A stretch of DNA of 64,000 nt from Spirochaetia bacterium (GTDB lineage Bacteria; Spirochaetota; Spirochaetia; SP-2023), in contig CBDDCK010000005.1 in the NCBI GenBank assembly GCA_965225855.1, positions 1,760,001 to 1,824,000 of the forward strand, written 5' to 3'. Below the pieces are notes generated by a model. That model ran no database searches. It was not told the origin of the DNA and saw nothing but the letters and a program-made list of their open reading frames with translations. Made by a program: the position numbers and the translations under genes. Shown in pieces: positions 41,024 to 50,160 of this stretch. How positions within the stretch are numbered: the stretch's first letter is position 1; the number at the start of each line of letters is the position of its first letter.

Positions 41024-41222
41024 TTTGGGGCAAGCACCAATGTTGGGGTGCTGGGGGTTTGCTTTTGAGACTTTCTTTGGCAGTGGTTCCATCTACAATT
41101 ACCCTGCATTTCCTAAATGGTAAGTTATCCCCTTAAAGCAACTTTTAGCCAAGCTAGACTTTTCATAACTGGTGGATTTTGTTAGATTATGGCTTCGAAC
41201 TATACTTTAAGGAGAAAAAGAA

Positions 41223-42011
41223 ATGAAAAATAGTTTTCGACTTACCTTAATATTACTGGTAATGATATTGTCTGCCTGTGCAAAAAAACAGCAAGAAGCT
41301 CCACAGTCGGGCGATAAAAAAAGTGTAGAGCAGGAAGCACCTGTGCTAATCAAGTTAGCTACCGATGCAACTTGGCCACCGATGGAATTTATCAATCAAC
41401 AAAAAGAAATAGTTGGTTTTGATATAGATGTCATCAATGCCATTGCCAAGGCCGCTAAGTTTCAAGTGGAAATCCACAATACCGCTTGGGACGGTATTTT
41501 TGCTGGGCTACAAAGTGGCAGTTATGAGGCAATTATTTCTGCAGTAACCATTACCGAAGAGCGTAAAAAAGTAATGGATTTTTCTAAACCATACATCAAT
41601 GCTGGGCAGGTTTTAGTAGTACAAAAAGGCAACAATTCGATTGGCAACTTAAATGATTTAATTGGTTTAAATGTCGGTGCCCAAATTGGTACAACGGGAG
41701 CCCTGGCTGTTGCCGAGGTAGAAGGCATTGAACTAAAAAATTATGATGAACTGGGGTTAGCGGTTTCTGATTTAGCCAATGGTAGACTAAGTGCGGTAGT
41801 AGCCGATACTCCCGTAGCTGCCGACTATGTACTCAATAATAAAGAATATAAAGATTCTTTAAAAATTGTGGGTGAGCCTTTCACAGAAGAATACTATGGC
41901 ATTGCAGTAAAAAAAGGCAACCAAAAAGTTCTTAAGCGACTCAATGAAGGTTTAGATAGCATTGAGGCTTCTGGTGAGCTTGCCCAACTTAAACAAAAAT
42001 GGCTCAAGTAA
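41223..42011 (+). CDS. Polar amino acid ABC transporter substrate-binding lipoprotein
   Basis: Lipobox LSAC; DATWPPMEF, GFDID, TEERKK..DFS.PY. Confidence 0.93.
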   Translation: MKNSFRLTLILLVMILSACAKKQQEAPQSGDKKSVEQEAPVLIKLATDATWPPMEFINQQKEIVGFDIDVINAIAKAAKFQVEIHNTAWDGIFAGLQSGSYEAIISAVTITEERKKVMDFSKPYINAGQVLVVQKGNNSIGNLNDLIGLNVGAQIGTTGALAVAEVEGIELKNYDELGLAVSDLANGRLSAVVADTPVAADYVLNNKEYKDSLKIVGEPFTEEYYGIAVKKGNQKVLKRLNEGLDSIEASGELAQLKQKWLK

Positions 42012-42775
42012 ATAAAACAGCACACATTCAAGTAAGTGATGGGGCTCTAGTTCCTAATGACCGCTCTAGCTTGGTGTCTTGGCGTTTTACGTTTTGGGGC
42101 ACCCTAGCCATAATCGCTTTATTAGTAATTTGGCAGCCCGAGCCTTACTGGCGCATTTTAAAGTTTTTGCCAGACGGAATACTTGCAACTTTTCAGGTTA
42201 CCGTTCTAGCCATTTTCTTTGCAACTTTCATTGGTTTACTGGCAGGCTTAGGGCAAGTTTTGCGTTCTCGCCTAATTAATTGCATTACGGTAATTTATAT
42301 TGAAGTTATTCGCGGTATACCGCTGTTGGTGCAACTATTTTATATTTATTACGCTTTAGGCCGTTTCTTTAGCATTGAAGGTATGACAGCTGCTGTTGTC
42401 GCTATGGCAATTTGCTATGGTGCTTACATGGGAGAAATCTTTCGTGCGGGCATTCAATCAATCCCCAAAGGACAAATGGAAGCGGCCATTGCTTTGGGAT
42501 TAAGCCGCTGTCAAGCTATATTGAAGGTTATTTTACCGCAGACTGTGCGCATTATATTGCCAGCTATCGGCAATGAATTTATTGCTTTGCTAAAAGATTC
42601 TTCGCTAGTTTCGGTGCTTGCCATCAGTGATTTACTTAGGCGTGGGCGTGAATTTGCTGCAACTAGCTTTATGTATTTTGAAGCTTATACCATGGTAGCC
42701 TTAGTTTACTTAGTATTAACTCTGTTCTTATCGCGTTTAGTTGCGCTGTTAGAAAGCCGTATGGAACAAACTTAA
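41999..42775 (+). CDS. Polar amino acid ABC transporter permease
   Basis: RGIPLLVQL, EIFRAGIQSIPKGQMEAA, KDSSL. Confidence 0.93.
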   Translation: MAQVNKTAHIQVSDGALVPNDRSSLVSWRFTFWGTLAIIALLVIWQPEPYWRILKFLPDGILATFQVTVLAIFFATFIGLLAGLGQVLRSRLINCITVIYIEVIRGIPLLVQLFYIYYALGRFFSIEGMTAAVVAMAICYGAYMGEIFRAGIQSIPKGQMEAAIALGLSRCQAILKVILPQTVRIILPAIGNEFIALLKDSSLVSVLAISDLLRRGREFAATSFMYFEAYTMVALVYLVLTLFLSRLVALLESRMEQT

Positions 42776-42781
42776 TTTTCA

Positions 42782-43537
42782 TTGAGAAGTAAAAGGATAG
42801 GTATGGACGATCGGATCGTGATCAGCCAAGCTGTAAAGGAGTTTGGCACAGCGCGGGCCCTAAACAATGTCAATTTAAAGATTGCCCAGGCCGAAGTTGT
42901 GCTGATTGTGGGGCCTTCCGGCAGCGGTAAGTCGACATTATTGCGTTCTGTAAATCGGCTAGAGCACCTTTCTAGTGGCGATATTTCGATCGATGGAGTT
43001 TCTGTAACAGACCCTAAAACCGATATTCGCAAAATTCGCGAAGAAGTGGGTATGGTTTTCCAAGATTTTAATTTATTTCCCCATTTAAGTGTTTTAGAAA
43101 ATATTACTATGGCGCCATTAACTTTGAACAAAGTAGATAAAGCACAAGCTCAAGACTGCGCTCTTAGTTTATTGCAAATGGTTGGCCTAGAAGAACGAGC
43201 AAGCTCTTTCCCACGGCAGCTTTCAGGTGGGCAAAAACAGCGGGTAGCGATTGCACGCGCTTTGGCAATGGAGCCCAAGGCCATGCTGTTTGACGAACCC
43301 ACCAGTGCTCTTGATCCGGAAATGGTAAAAGAAGTCTTAGATGTAATGCTAAAGTTAGCTCAAGATGGTATGACCATGATGATTGTTTCCCATGAGATGG
43401 GCTTTGCACGTGCGGCTGCTGACCGAGTTGTTTTTATCGACCAAGGGCAAATTATTGAACAAGGTAAACCAGAGCAAATTTTTGATAACCCAAAGGAAGA
43501 ACGAACTCGTAAATTTCTACAGTGTATATTACACTAA
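42782..43537 (+). CDS. Polar amino acid ABC transporter ATP-binding protein (GlnQ-like)
   Basis: [35 protein letters not shown]. Confidence 0.94.
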   Translation: MRSKRIGMDDRIVISQAVKEFGTARALNNVNLKIAQAEVVLIVGPSGSGKSTLLRSVNRLEHLSSGDISIDGVSVTDPKTDIRKIREEVGMVFQDFNLFPHLSVLENITMAPLTLNKVDKAQAQDCALSLLQMVGLEERASSFPRQLSGGQKQRVAIARALAMEPKAMLFDEPTSALDPEMVKEVLDVMLKLAQDGMTMMIVSHEMGFARAAADRVVFIDQGQIIEQGKPEQIFDNPKEERTRKFLQCILH

Positions 43538-43543
43538 AAATAA

Positions 43544-44110
43544 ATGGAGAATATAAGAATGAAAAAAACTATGATATGGCCACAGTGTCTATTATGGTTA
43601 TTTTTTGGTTGTACTTCTTTTGTCTCCCCCATGGAGAGCATGGAAAGCATGAAAATCGATGACGCAGCCCAAAAACTTATTAAAAAGCTAACGGAAGCTC
43701 ATAGTAAGCAAGATGCTTGGAATGGCGGTAACCAAAAATACTATATTGCAGCTTTCAAAATAACTAAAACAATCGCAAGCATCTCAACAGTAGAAAATAA
43801 TAACCAAGCTTTAAACGATGATTTTATTGCCAATTTCCAGCATTCCATGTACGACTCTTATCGAAATTTGTTGCGTAGGGACATTTTTTTTACACCGGAA
43901 GAAATTCAAGCTAAAGCTAAGGAGCTAGAGCCAAAGATTGGTGAGAAAGCTTATGAATTGCAACATTGGGCTGTCGCAAAAGCACTGGGTGCCAATTATA
44001 TAATTATGGGTAGTTTGCGTTCAACGGGTTTTGGCTTGCTTGCTGAAGCCAAACTTAAAGATTTTCAGGGTAATGTTATCGCCGAAAAAAAGGTCAGCTT
44101 TGTACTTTAG
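43544..44110 (+). CDS. Hypothetical lipoprotein (possibly a CsgG/LpoB-like fold)
   Basis: Lipobox FFGC; AKALGANYIIMGSL. Confidence 0.55.
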   Translation: MENIRMKKTMIWPQCLLWLFFGCTSFVSPMESMESMKIDDAAQKLIKKLTEAHSKQDAWNGGNQKYYIAAFKITKTIASISTVENNNQALNDDFIANFQHSMYDSYRNLLRRDIFFTPEEIQAKAKELEPKIGEKAYELQHWAVAKALGANYIIMGSLRSTGFGLLAEAKLKDFQGNVIAEKKVSFVL

Positions 44111-44249
44111 TTTATTATTATTTTAAGATTGTTGCAATGAATTACGGATTTGTAATATACAGTCCGCAGCTCGCCGGCCAGCCTCCCCGTTATGGCAATA
44201 GATATATTGGCGCAATCTTCTTGGTAGTTTTGTTTTCAAAGTGCATTAG

Positions 44250-47200
44250 TTATTTTTTATCTTGCACTTTACTTTTTGCTATATTATAAGCGGCAACTTT
44301 ATCATAATTATCTAAAGGTTCTAACCCTTTTCTATCCTCTTTGACATTAAAACCACATTGACCACAGGGACTTTTACCAATATCTTTTTTATCACAGTTA
44401 GGACAATTGGAGCTTGTGCCTCCTGTTTTAAGAAATTGAATAATACCAAATTGCTTTTGTTGATAATCATCTTTTAATAAAATGGTTTCTTTAATGTTGG
44501 GAGGTACTAATCCTTCCGATTGAAACTTTCTATACAAAGCCCATTCTAATCTTCTGCTTATATGCTGATCACTTTGTTTTCTGTGAGACTCTATAAACTT
44601 TATATCTCCATAATATTCATCTAAGTTTTCTAATTTAATGGCTTTGGCTCTAAATTTTTGATGTATATGATAAATGACTCCCACCATATTTGCTGCAATC
44701 GCATCTCGCAAATGATTGATTTTTTCAATGGATGGTTCTAAGTTTTCATTTCTTAATTTTTTTAAGTTTTCATTTCTTAATTTTTTAAGGTAACAATTGA
44801 GAGTATCTAAAACAAATTGCTCTGATTTTTCAAAATCTGAAACCCAATAAATTTCAGCATCAATTAACTTTAAATATTGATCTTCTTTTTTAAAGTAGAT
44901 TCCTGTCCTTTTACTTTTATCAATATTATATCCTTGAGGTAATTTTTTAAAAAATTCACATAAATAATTTATTCTATTATCATTTATTCCTAACTCTGAC
45001 AAATTATTTGTGCCATCGAAAAATGCTTTAAATTGATTTACTATATCACTTTTTTCTCTTTCATTTAATCCAGAGTTAGGATATTTTGGGTGATCCTTCC
45101 ACTTGTAGATAAAGGATACATCCTTTTGTTTTTTAACTTCTTCAATACCTATAATTTTATTAGGAATCCAAATGATGTTAGAGTTATCTTTTTTAACAAT
45201 CTCATCATTCTCATTTATTTCAACACTATGAAATAATTCAAAAATTCTGCGTTTAGCAGATATTTCTTTTAAATTTAAAAAGGTTTGTAAGTCTCCATTA
45301 GTAACAATTTTGCCTTTAATGACTTTAGCTGTCGTCAAATCTAAGCAAGCGTTTTCTTTACTCTCTTTTTTAGCAAACCATTTCTCATCTTCAAATTTAT
45401 CTGCAACTAAAGAAATATTCTTGATAGGCCCACCAAAGTCTTTATTATCTTTACCTAATGGTATATTCGATTTATCTCTTGTATTGGTAGCATCTCCTTG
45501 ATAATAGTATTTATCTTCCTTTAGAGTATAGGTCGTAATGGTAGGAAATTCCTTAGGGCGATCAGTTTCATCATCTTTTACTATTTTTACTATACAAAGC
45601 GTTGCCAATTCTTTCAAACCCCTATCAATACCATAGAGGTAAGAACCTTGAGTATTTTTAGAATAATGCTCATTAAATTTTTCAATTTTTTTATTAATAT
45701 CCAAAGATTTATTCCAAGCAAAATCTAAATCTTTTTCTCCTGTATTAAGGGTGAAAGTCGCACTCATTGTATATTGAGGGTTTAAGAAACGATTCTTTTT
45801 ATTAGAATCATAATTGCCAGAGTTTTTACCATATTTTGCAACTCGGCTTTCTCGTTCCTCTCGCCAAAAGATTTTGATTTCCGGATTTAGGCGTGTCAAA
45901 TATCCCTTTGTATTTTCTTTTGTCCAAAACTGCTTCCAAAGTGTTGTAGGCGTACTTTGGTTGTTTTCATTGTGTTCTTTTCTCATTAATGAAGTATCTT
46001 GATTATTTTGCTCTCTGTTTGCTTTTGTAGTTTCAGAATCTCTTTCTGTGCGTAAATCCAAAGAATCAATAGCAAAGATACTTGCCTGATAATCATTTTT
46101 TAATTTCTTGATTAAATCTTTACCAGCTCGTTGCCTTTTAACATAACAACAACGCTCTAAATCTTTTCTAAATTCATCTAAAGGAGAATAATTTAAATTT
46201 CTGTAATCTTCTCTGCTGTAATCTTTTTTGGTAATTTCTTGAATGCTATCATATTTGGCAACTTCTTTTTTGGCGTAATCTGTGTTTAAAATATTTTGAT
46301 AAAAGCGGATAAGATTTTTATCGCCTTGTTCTCCTGATAGTTCTTTTTTATCTTTATCAAAATAAAGTTGTCTTTTATACATAGGATAAAAAAACTTAGT
46401 CTTATTTGTATTATCTCTAATTTTTTCTTGTATGCCGTTCTTAAAAGTATTATCATTCTCTTTAAAACACAATTTTTCTAAAGCCCTTAAAGTCAGAGAT
46501 TCAAAAGAGTACAAAATAGAATCTTCCGATTCTTGGCACTCCTGAATGCCCTCTAAATATTTTTTAAACTCTGATAGTTTATCTTCTTCCCTTGGTACAA
46601 CCACTAATTTATGCTTATCGCCTTCTTTTACAATAAATGCCCAATGGCTAACCAGTTCTGCATCAATTTTTTCGTATTCCAAACTTTTGATTTTGGCTAG
46701 TGCTTGACCATATTTTAAAGCTATGCGTTTAAAAAATTCGCACAATTCATAGTAATCTTTTGTAATGGTATTTGATTTTTCATTTTCTTGAAAGTTAAAA
46801 AATCTTCCTCGTTTCTTTTTTAATTCAGTAATATGAGTATTGTCTTTTACTTTATTTTTAGCAGTAGATAATTTTTTAATCTGAATGGTTTCTTCAACAA
46901 AATCTTTCAATGGTTTTTCTTCAGATTGAAAAAGTGGATGTTGCTCTTCTATATCTTTAATTTTTTCATCAGTGAGTTCATCAATACTTTTTATTTTTTG
47001 GATAGTTTCCATAAACTTACTTTTTTTATTCGCTTTCCATGCTTTGATATAGATATATGCCTCTTTTAAAGTACAAGTTTTTATATCAATGCTATGACTA
47101 TTATTTTCTGAATCCGTATATGAGCTAAGTTCTATTTTTTCTAAAAATTCATCTGAACAATTGTTATCTTTATCAAAGTGGGTTCTGTTGAATAATTTAC

Positions 47201-47981
47201 ATTCCAACGGTTGCTTTATTTTGTCAGTCTCTTCTTTAATTGCTTTGGGAGTCTTATTTAGTGTGTAGTAGTTAAAAGTAGCTCGTACCAGCTCAATACC
47301 CATTGTTTGTGCAGGTAAAAGTAATCTAATAGCTTCTGTAATAACTTTTTGTAGATCGTTAAAATGCCCTTTTAAATGCTCTATTTTTTCATCAACTTGA
47401 AAAGTTCTACCATAATTTGTAATTTCACCGTGATTACTGTTGTGTATGGCTTTGATAAATTCTTGTAAAAATGCAAGATTTGTTCGTTTGCATAATTGTT
47501 TGAGTACAAAGGCAAATGTGCGTCTTCGCCTTTGAGACTGTAAAGGCTCGCTATTTAATTTTTGTAATTCATTTTTGATGGTTATATGTTCATTAAGACA
47601 CTCTTTAAATATTTTGGGTAAATATGTAACATCACTTAGATTGTAAGACTTATCTTTTTTATTGCTATTTTTTATATGTTTATAAAATTCTACATTAGTA
47701 TAAGTTTTCAAAAATCCATATTTTAGTTTAAGCTTATTAGTAAATACCAACTTGTCATAACATTGGCGAATATCATTAAATTGTGTATCTTTTGCACGCA
47801 AACATAAAAGCTTAATATCTACGAGAATATCATCTATGTACTCAATAATGCGCTTAATCTTTTTTTCAATATCTTGAGGCTGTTTTAGGTCAGCATCTTT
47901 TATTGTAGCCCCTAAATCTATTGTAGCCCCTAAATCATCTAATTTAAATTGAATTGTTTTTGTATATTGATATTGCTTCAT
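44250..47981 (-). CDS. cas12a2: Type V CRISPR effector of the Cas12a2/Cms1 (Cas12a2-Cas12a3) branch, orphan in this window
   Basis: N-terminal TKTIQFKL; ATFNYYTLNK, FESLTLRALEKLCF, RLNPEI, DLTTAKVIKGKIVTNGD, ANMVGVI, LEWALYRKFQSEGLVPP, QFGII; RuvC D786 (YGIDRG), E1118 (IKLENL), D1227 (YDKVAAYNIA); zinc ribbon CPNC..CGQC. Subtype (a2 vs a3) not resolved. Confidence 0.9.
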   Translation of the reverse strand: MKQYQYTKTIQFKLDDLGATIDLGATIKDADLKQPQDIEKKIKRIIEYIDDILVDIKLLCLRAKDTQFNDIRQCYDKLVFTNKLKLKYGFLKTYTNVEFYKHIKNSNKKDKSYNLSDVTYLPKIFKECLNEHITIKNELQKLNSEPLQSQRRRRTFAFVLKQLCKRTNLAFLQEFIKAIHNSNHGEITNYGRTFQVDEKIEHLKGHFNDLQKVITEAIRLLLPAQTMGIELVRATFNYYTLNKTPKAIKEETDKIKQPLECKLFNRTHFDKDNNCSDEFLEKIELSSYTDSENNSHSIDIKTCTLKEAYIYIKAWKANKKSKFMETIQKIKSIDELTDEKIKDIEEQHPLFQSEEKPLKDFVEETIQIKKLSTAKNKVKDNTHITELKKKRGRFFNFQENEKSNTITKDYYELCEFFKRIALKYGQALAKIKSLEYEKIDAELVSHWAFIVKEGDKHKLVVVPREEDKLSEFKKYLEGIQECQESEDSILYSFESLTLRALEKLCFKENDNTFKNGIQEKIRDNTNKTKFFYPMYKRQLYFDKDKKELSGEQGDKNLIRFYQNILNTDYAKKEVAKYDSIQEITKKDYSREDYRNLNYSPLDEFRKDLERCCYVKRQRAGKDLIKKLKNDYQASIFAIDSLDLRTERDSETTKANREQNNQDTSLMRKEHNENNQSTPTTLWKQFWTKENTKGYLTRLNPEIKIFWREERESRVAKYGKNSGNYDSNKKNRFLNPQYTMSATFTLNTGEKDLDFAWNKSLDINKKIEKFNEHYSKNTQGSYLYGIDRGLKELATLCIVKIVKDDETDRPKEFPTITTYTLKEDKYYYQGDATNTRDKSNIPLGKDNKDFGGPIKNISLVADKFEDEKWFAKKESKENACLDLTTAKVIKGKIVTNGDLQTFLNLKEISAKRRIFELFHSVEINENDEIVKKDNSNIIWIPNKIIGIEEVKKQKDVSFIYKWKDHPKYPNSGLNEREKSDIVNQFKAFFDGTNNLSELGINDNRINYLCEFFKKLPQGYNIDKSKRTGIYFKKEDQYLKLIDAEIYWVSDFEKSEQFVLDTLNCYLKKLRNENLKKLRNENLEPSIEKINHLRDAIAANMVGVIYHIHQKFRAKAIKLENLDEYYGDIKFIESHRKQSDQHISRRLEWALYRKFQSEGLVPPNIKETILLKDDYQQKQFGIIQFLKTGGTSSNCPNCDKKDIGKSPCGQCGFNVKEDRKGLEPLDNYDKVAAYNIAKSKVQDKK

Positions 47982-47988
47982 CCTTAGT

Positions 47989-48042
47989 CTCCTCTAAAGT
48001 CAAACTAGCATTATTATACCACTATATTAGCTCTTTTGTAAA
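47989..48042 (-). promoter_or_regulatory. Dedicated sigma70 promoter and RBS for the cas12 gene
   Basis: TTTACA (48042-48037)-N18-TATAAT (48018-48013) with extended -10 TG; GAGGAG at 47994-47989. Confidence 0.7.
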
Positions 48043-48058
48043 TTAATTTTCTAAATTT

Positions 48059-49981
48059 CTAATAAACCACCGTGATATTTTTCTTGTCGGCATTATGCGC
48101 ACCCAGATTAAACCAATCTTCTAAACAGATACTACTATAGCCATCTATATAAATTTGGCTATCGGGGTTGTTGTCCAATTCAGTAATTATCTGTTTGGCT
48201 ATTTCCTGATTGGGCATATTGAGCACATAAAAACTTTTTGCGTTATGTCCCTTTTCCATATGTTCCACCAAATACAGGCTATCTTTAATAAGCTCTTGTA
48301 CGGGCGTGTGCAAAGGTTTGCCCGTAGCACAAAGCATATTGTATACAGTGTCAGTGCTATTGTTTCTTTGATTTTCTAACACAAATACATTATTAGCCCC
48401 TTCCGTAAGTTTGGGCTTGGGCGTAAGCGAAAACACTTTATAACCTATATCCAATTTTTCACTTTCAAACATGCCTTCTTTGGTTTTTTGCTCTTGTTTG
48501 AGTTTAGCCCCCGCACGGTTAAGTCGCTCTGTGGTAATGCTGGAAATAACGGGCTCAAAGTTATTCTCCGTACAAAACCGATAGGCCTCGCTGTTTTCTT
48601 TGATGGCTTCGTCCCACTGCACTAAGATAAATTTTCTAGTGCCGCCGTCTTCACTGTTTAATTGCATCACCGCATCGCCGGTAGTGCCACTCCCTGCGAA
48701 AAAGTCTAGGATTAGGTCGTTTTTAGTACAAATAAAATTTGTAAGATACTTGATTAGTGATGTTGGTTTTGGATTATTAAATATAACATTATCAAAGATA
48801 ATTTTTTGTTCTTTATTCGCATCTTCATTGGTTCCTACATTGCATTCTTTTTTAGAAATAATGTCTGCGGGTTTCTTTATTCTTTCACCAGCCCTAATAT
48901 AACGAATTGCGAACTTATCCGTTTTAATAATAAAAGTCGTCTCTTCCAATATTTCCTTATTAACTGTTTCTTGAGACCACTTAAATCTTCCTCTAATTTT
49001 TATATCTTTATTTGCATAACCATTTTTTATATTTAATTTTTCTAAAAGCTCCACTCTATCATATAGTTTATTTGTAAACTCTCCCGAAAAATTAAACTTC
49101 ACTTTTTCTTTTGGAATTATTAAGGTATTTATTGCATTACCTTCATTTAGCAGTGGCATATCTCCACCTTCTGTAAATCCACCATTAAAAACATTATTTG
49201 AAATTTGCTTTTCATAACAAAAGACAAATTCATATTTACCTCTTATTTTGTTAGATAAACTTGGAGGTGTTGATGTTTTATTCCATTTAAATATCCCAAC
49301 AAAATTATCTTCGCCAAAAATTTCATCACACAATAGTTTTAAGTTGGCTTGTTCGTTATCGTCTATACTAATAAATAGTACGCCATCATCTCTAAGTAAA
49401 TCCCTTGCCAGTTTCAAGCGCGGATAGATAAAGGCCAACCAACCGCTGTGGCTTTGCGTGCCGTAAACATTGCTTAGAAAATCCTTTGTGCTTTCGTCCA
49501 AACCAAAACTTTCGATAAGCTCTTGTTGCTTTTTCTCAAAATTGTCGCTATAGATAAAATTGTCGCTCTTGGTATTGTAGGGCGGGTCAATATAAATCAT
49601 TTTGACTTTCTCAAAGTAATTGGCTTTTAAGATTTTTAATACTTCCAAATTGTCGCCCCGAATCACGATATTTTGGCTAGTGTCAAAATCTTTGCTTTGC
49701 TCTGTTTGGGCTTTGAGTTCATAAGCAGTTTCGCTACTGGCTTTGGCTTTGGCCAAGCCCTTGCCGGCAAAAGTAAGCTCATAGCCTTTGTTGTTGGCGG
49801 TGGTTTGGGCAATATCTATAACATCTTTGAGTGCCTCAATATTCAATTGGCCATCGGCATTGATGACTTGCGGCAATAATTGTTTGAGGGCTTGTAGTGT
49901 TGCGTTTTGGCTTGCGTTGTGCGTTTGCGCAGAGTCTAGGCTGGGTATGTTGTGTTTTGGTAAATCGCTTTGGTTGATCAT
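48059..49981 (-). CDS. mod: Type III R-M modification methyltransferase (Mod)
   Basis: YELTFAGK, IRGDNLEVLK, IYIDPPYNT, HSGWLAFIYPRL, FISIDDNEQANL, DFFAGSGTTG, RKFILVQ. Start taken at MINQS after a GGAG RBS. Confidence 0.9.
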   Translation of the reverse strand: MINQSDLPKHNIPSLDSAQTHNASQNATLQALKQLLPQVINADGQLNIEALKDVIDIAQTTANNKGYELTFAGKGLAKAKASSETAYELKAQTEQSKDFDTSQNIVIRGDNLEVLKILKANYFEKVKMIYIDPPYNTKSDNFIYSDNFEKKQQELIESFGLDESTKDFLSNVYGTQSHSGWLAFIYPRLKLARDLLRDDGVLFISIDDNEQANLKLLCDEIFGEDNFVGIFKWNKTSTPPSLSNKIRGKYEFVFCYEKQISNNVFNGGFTEGGDMPLLNEGNAINTLIIPKEKVKFNFSGEFTNKLYDRVELLEKLNIKNGYANKDIKIRGRFKWSQETVNKEILEETTFIIKTDKFAIRYIRAGERIKKPADIISKKECNVGTNEDANKEQKIIFDNVIFNNPKPTSLIKYLTNFICTKNDLILDFFAGSGTTGDAVMQLNSEDGGTRKFILVQWDEAIKENSEAYRFCTENNFEPVISSITTERLNRAGAKLKQEQKTKEGMFESEKLDIGYKVFSLTPKPKLTEGANNVFVLENQRNNSTDTVYNMLCATGKPLHTPVQELIKDSLYLVEHMEKGHNAKSFYVLNMPNQEIAKQIITELDNNPDSQIYIDGYSSICLEDWFNLGAHNADKKNITVVY

Positions 49982-50160
49982 AGCTCCACTCTCCTTAGTA
50001 TTCACATAAAAAATCAAAGCAATCATAATCAATTAGTATGGTTTTGGCCAATCATATTTATGTAAAATTCCCAGCTAGCCATCGCATCCACCACTGGCAC
50101 ATAACTACTTTGAATGCTAGCCTTTAAGGGTAGCCTCTAAGTAAAACAGTATATGGGCAA

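Noticed and set aside
43512..43529. AATTTCTACAGTGTATAT, resembling a Cas12a repeat handle ~720 bp from the cas12 stop
   Set aside because: Single copy, stem mismatch (GTATA instead of GTAGA), and it lies inside the coding 3' end of the ABC ATPase (KFLQCI)
44140..44192. tRNA-Tyr-like fragment (GCGGACTGTA...AAATCCG on the minus strand)
   Set aside because: No T arm or acceptor stem, and the anticodon loop is interrupted
44214..44249. 36 nt after the cas12 stop ending ...AAACTACCAAGAAGAT, as a degenerate repeat
   Set aside because: Cannot form the TCTAC/GTAGA stem, and there is no second copy
44250..47981. Interpretation as canonical Cas12a (Cpf1) or TnpB
   Set aside because: Far too large for TnpB. 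The internal motifs (FNYYTLNK, DLTTAKVI, EWALYRKFQ, C-terminal zinc ribbon) fit the Cms1/Cas12a2 branch rather than Cpf1.
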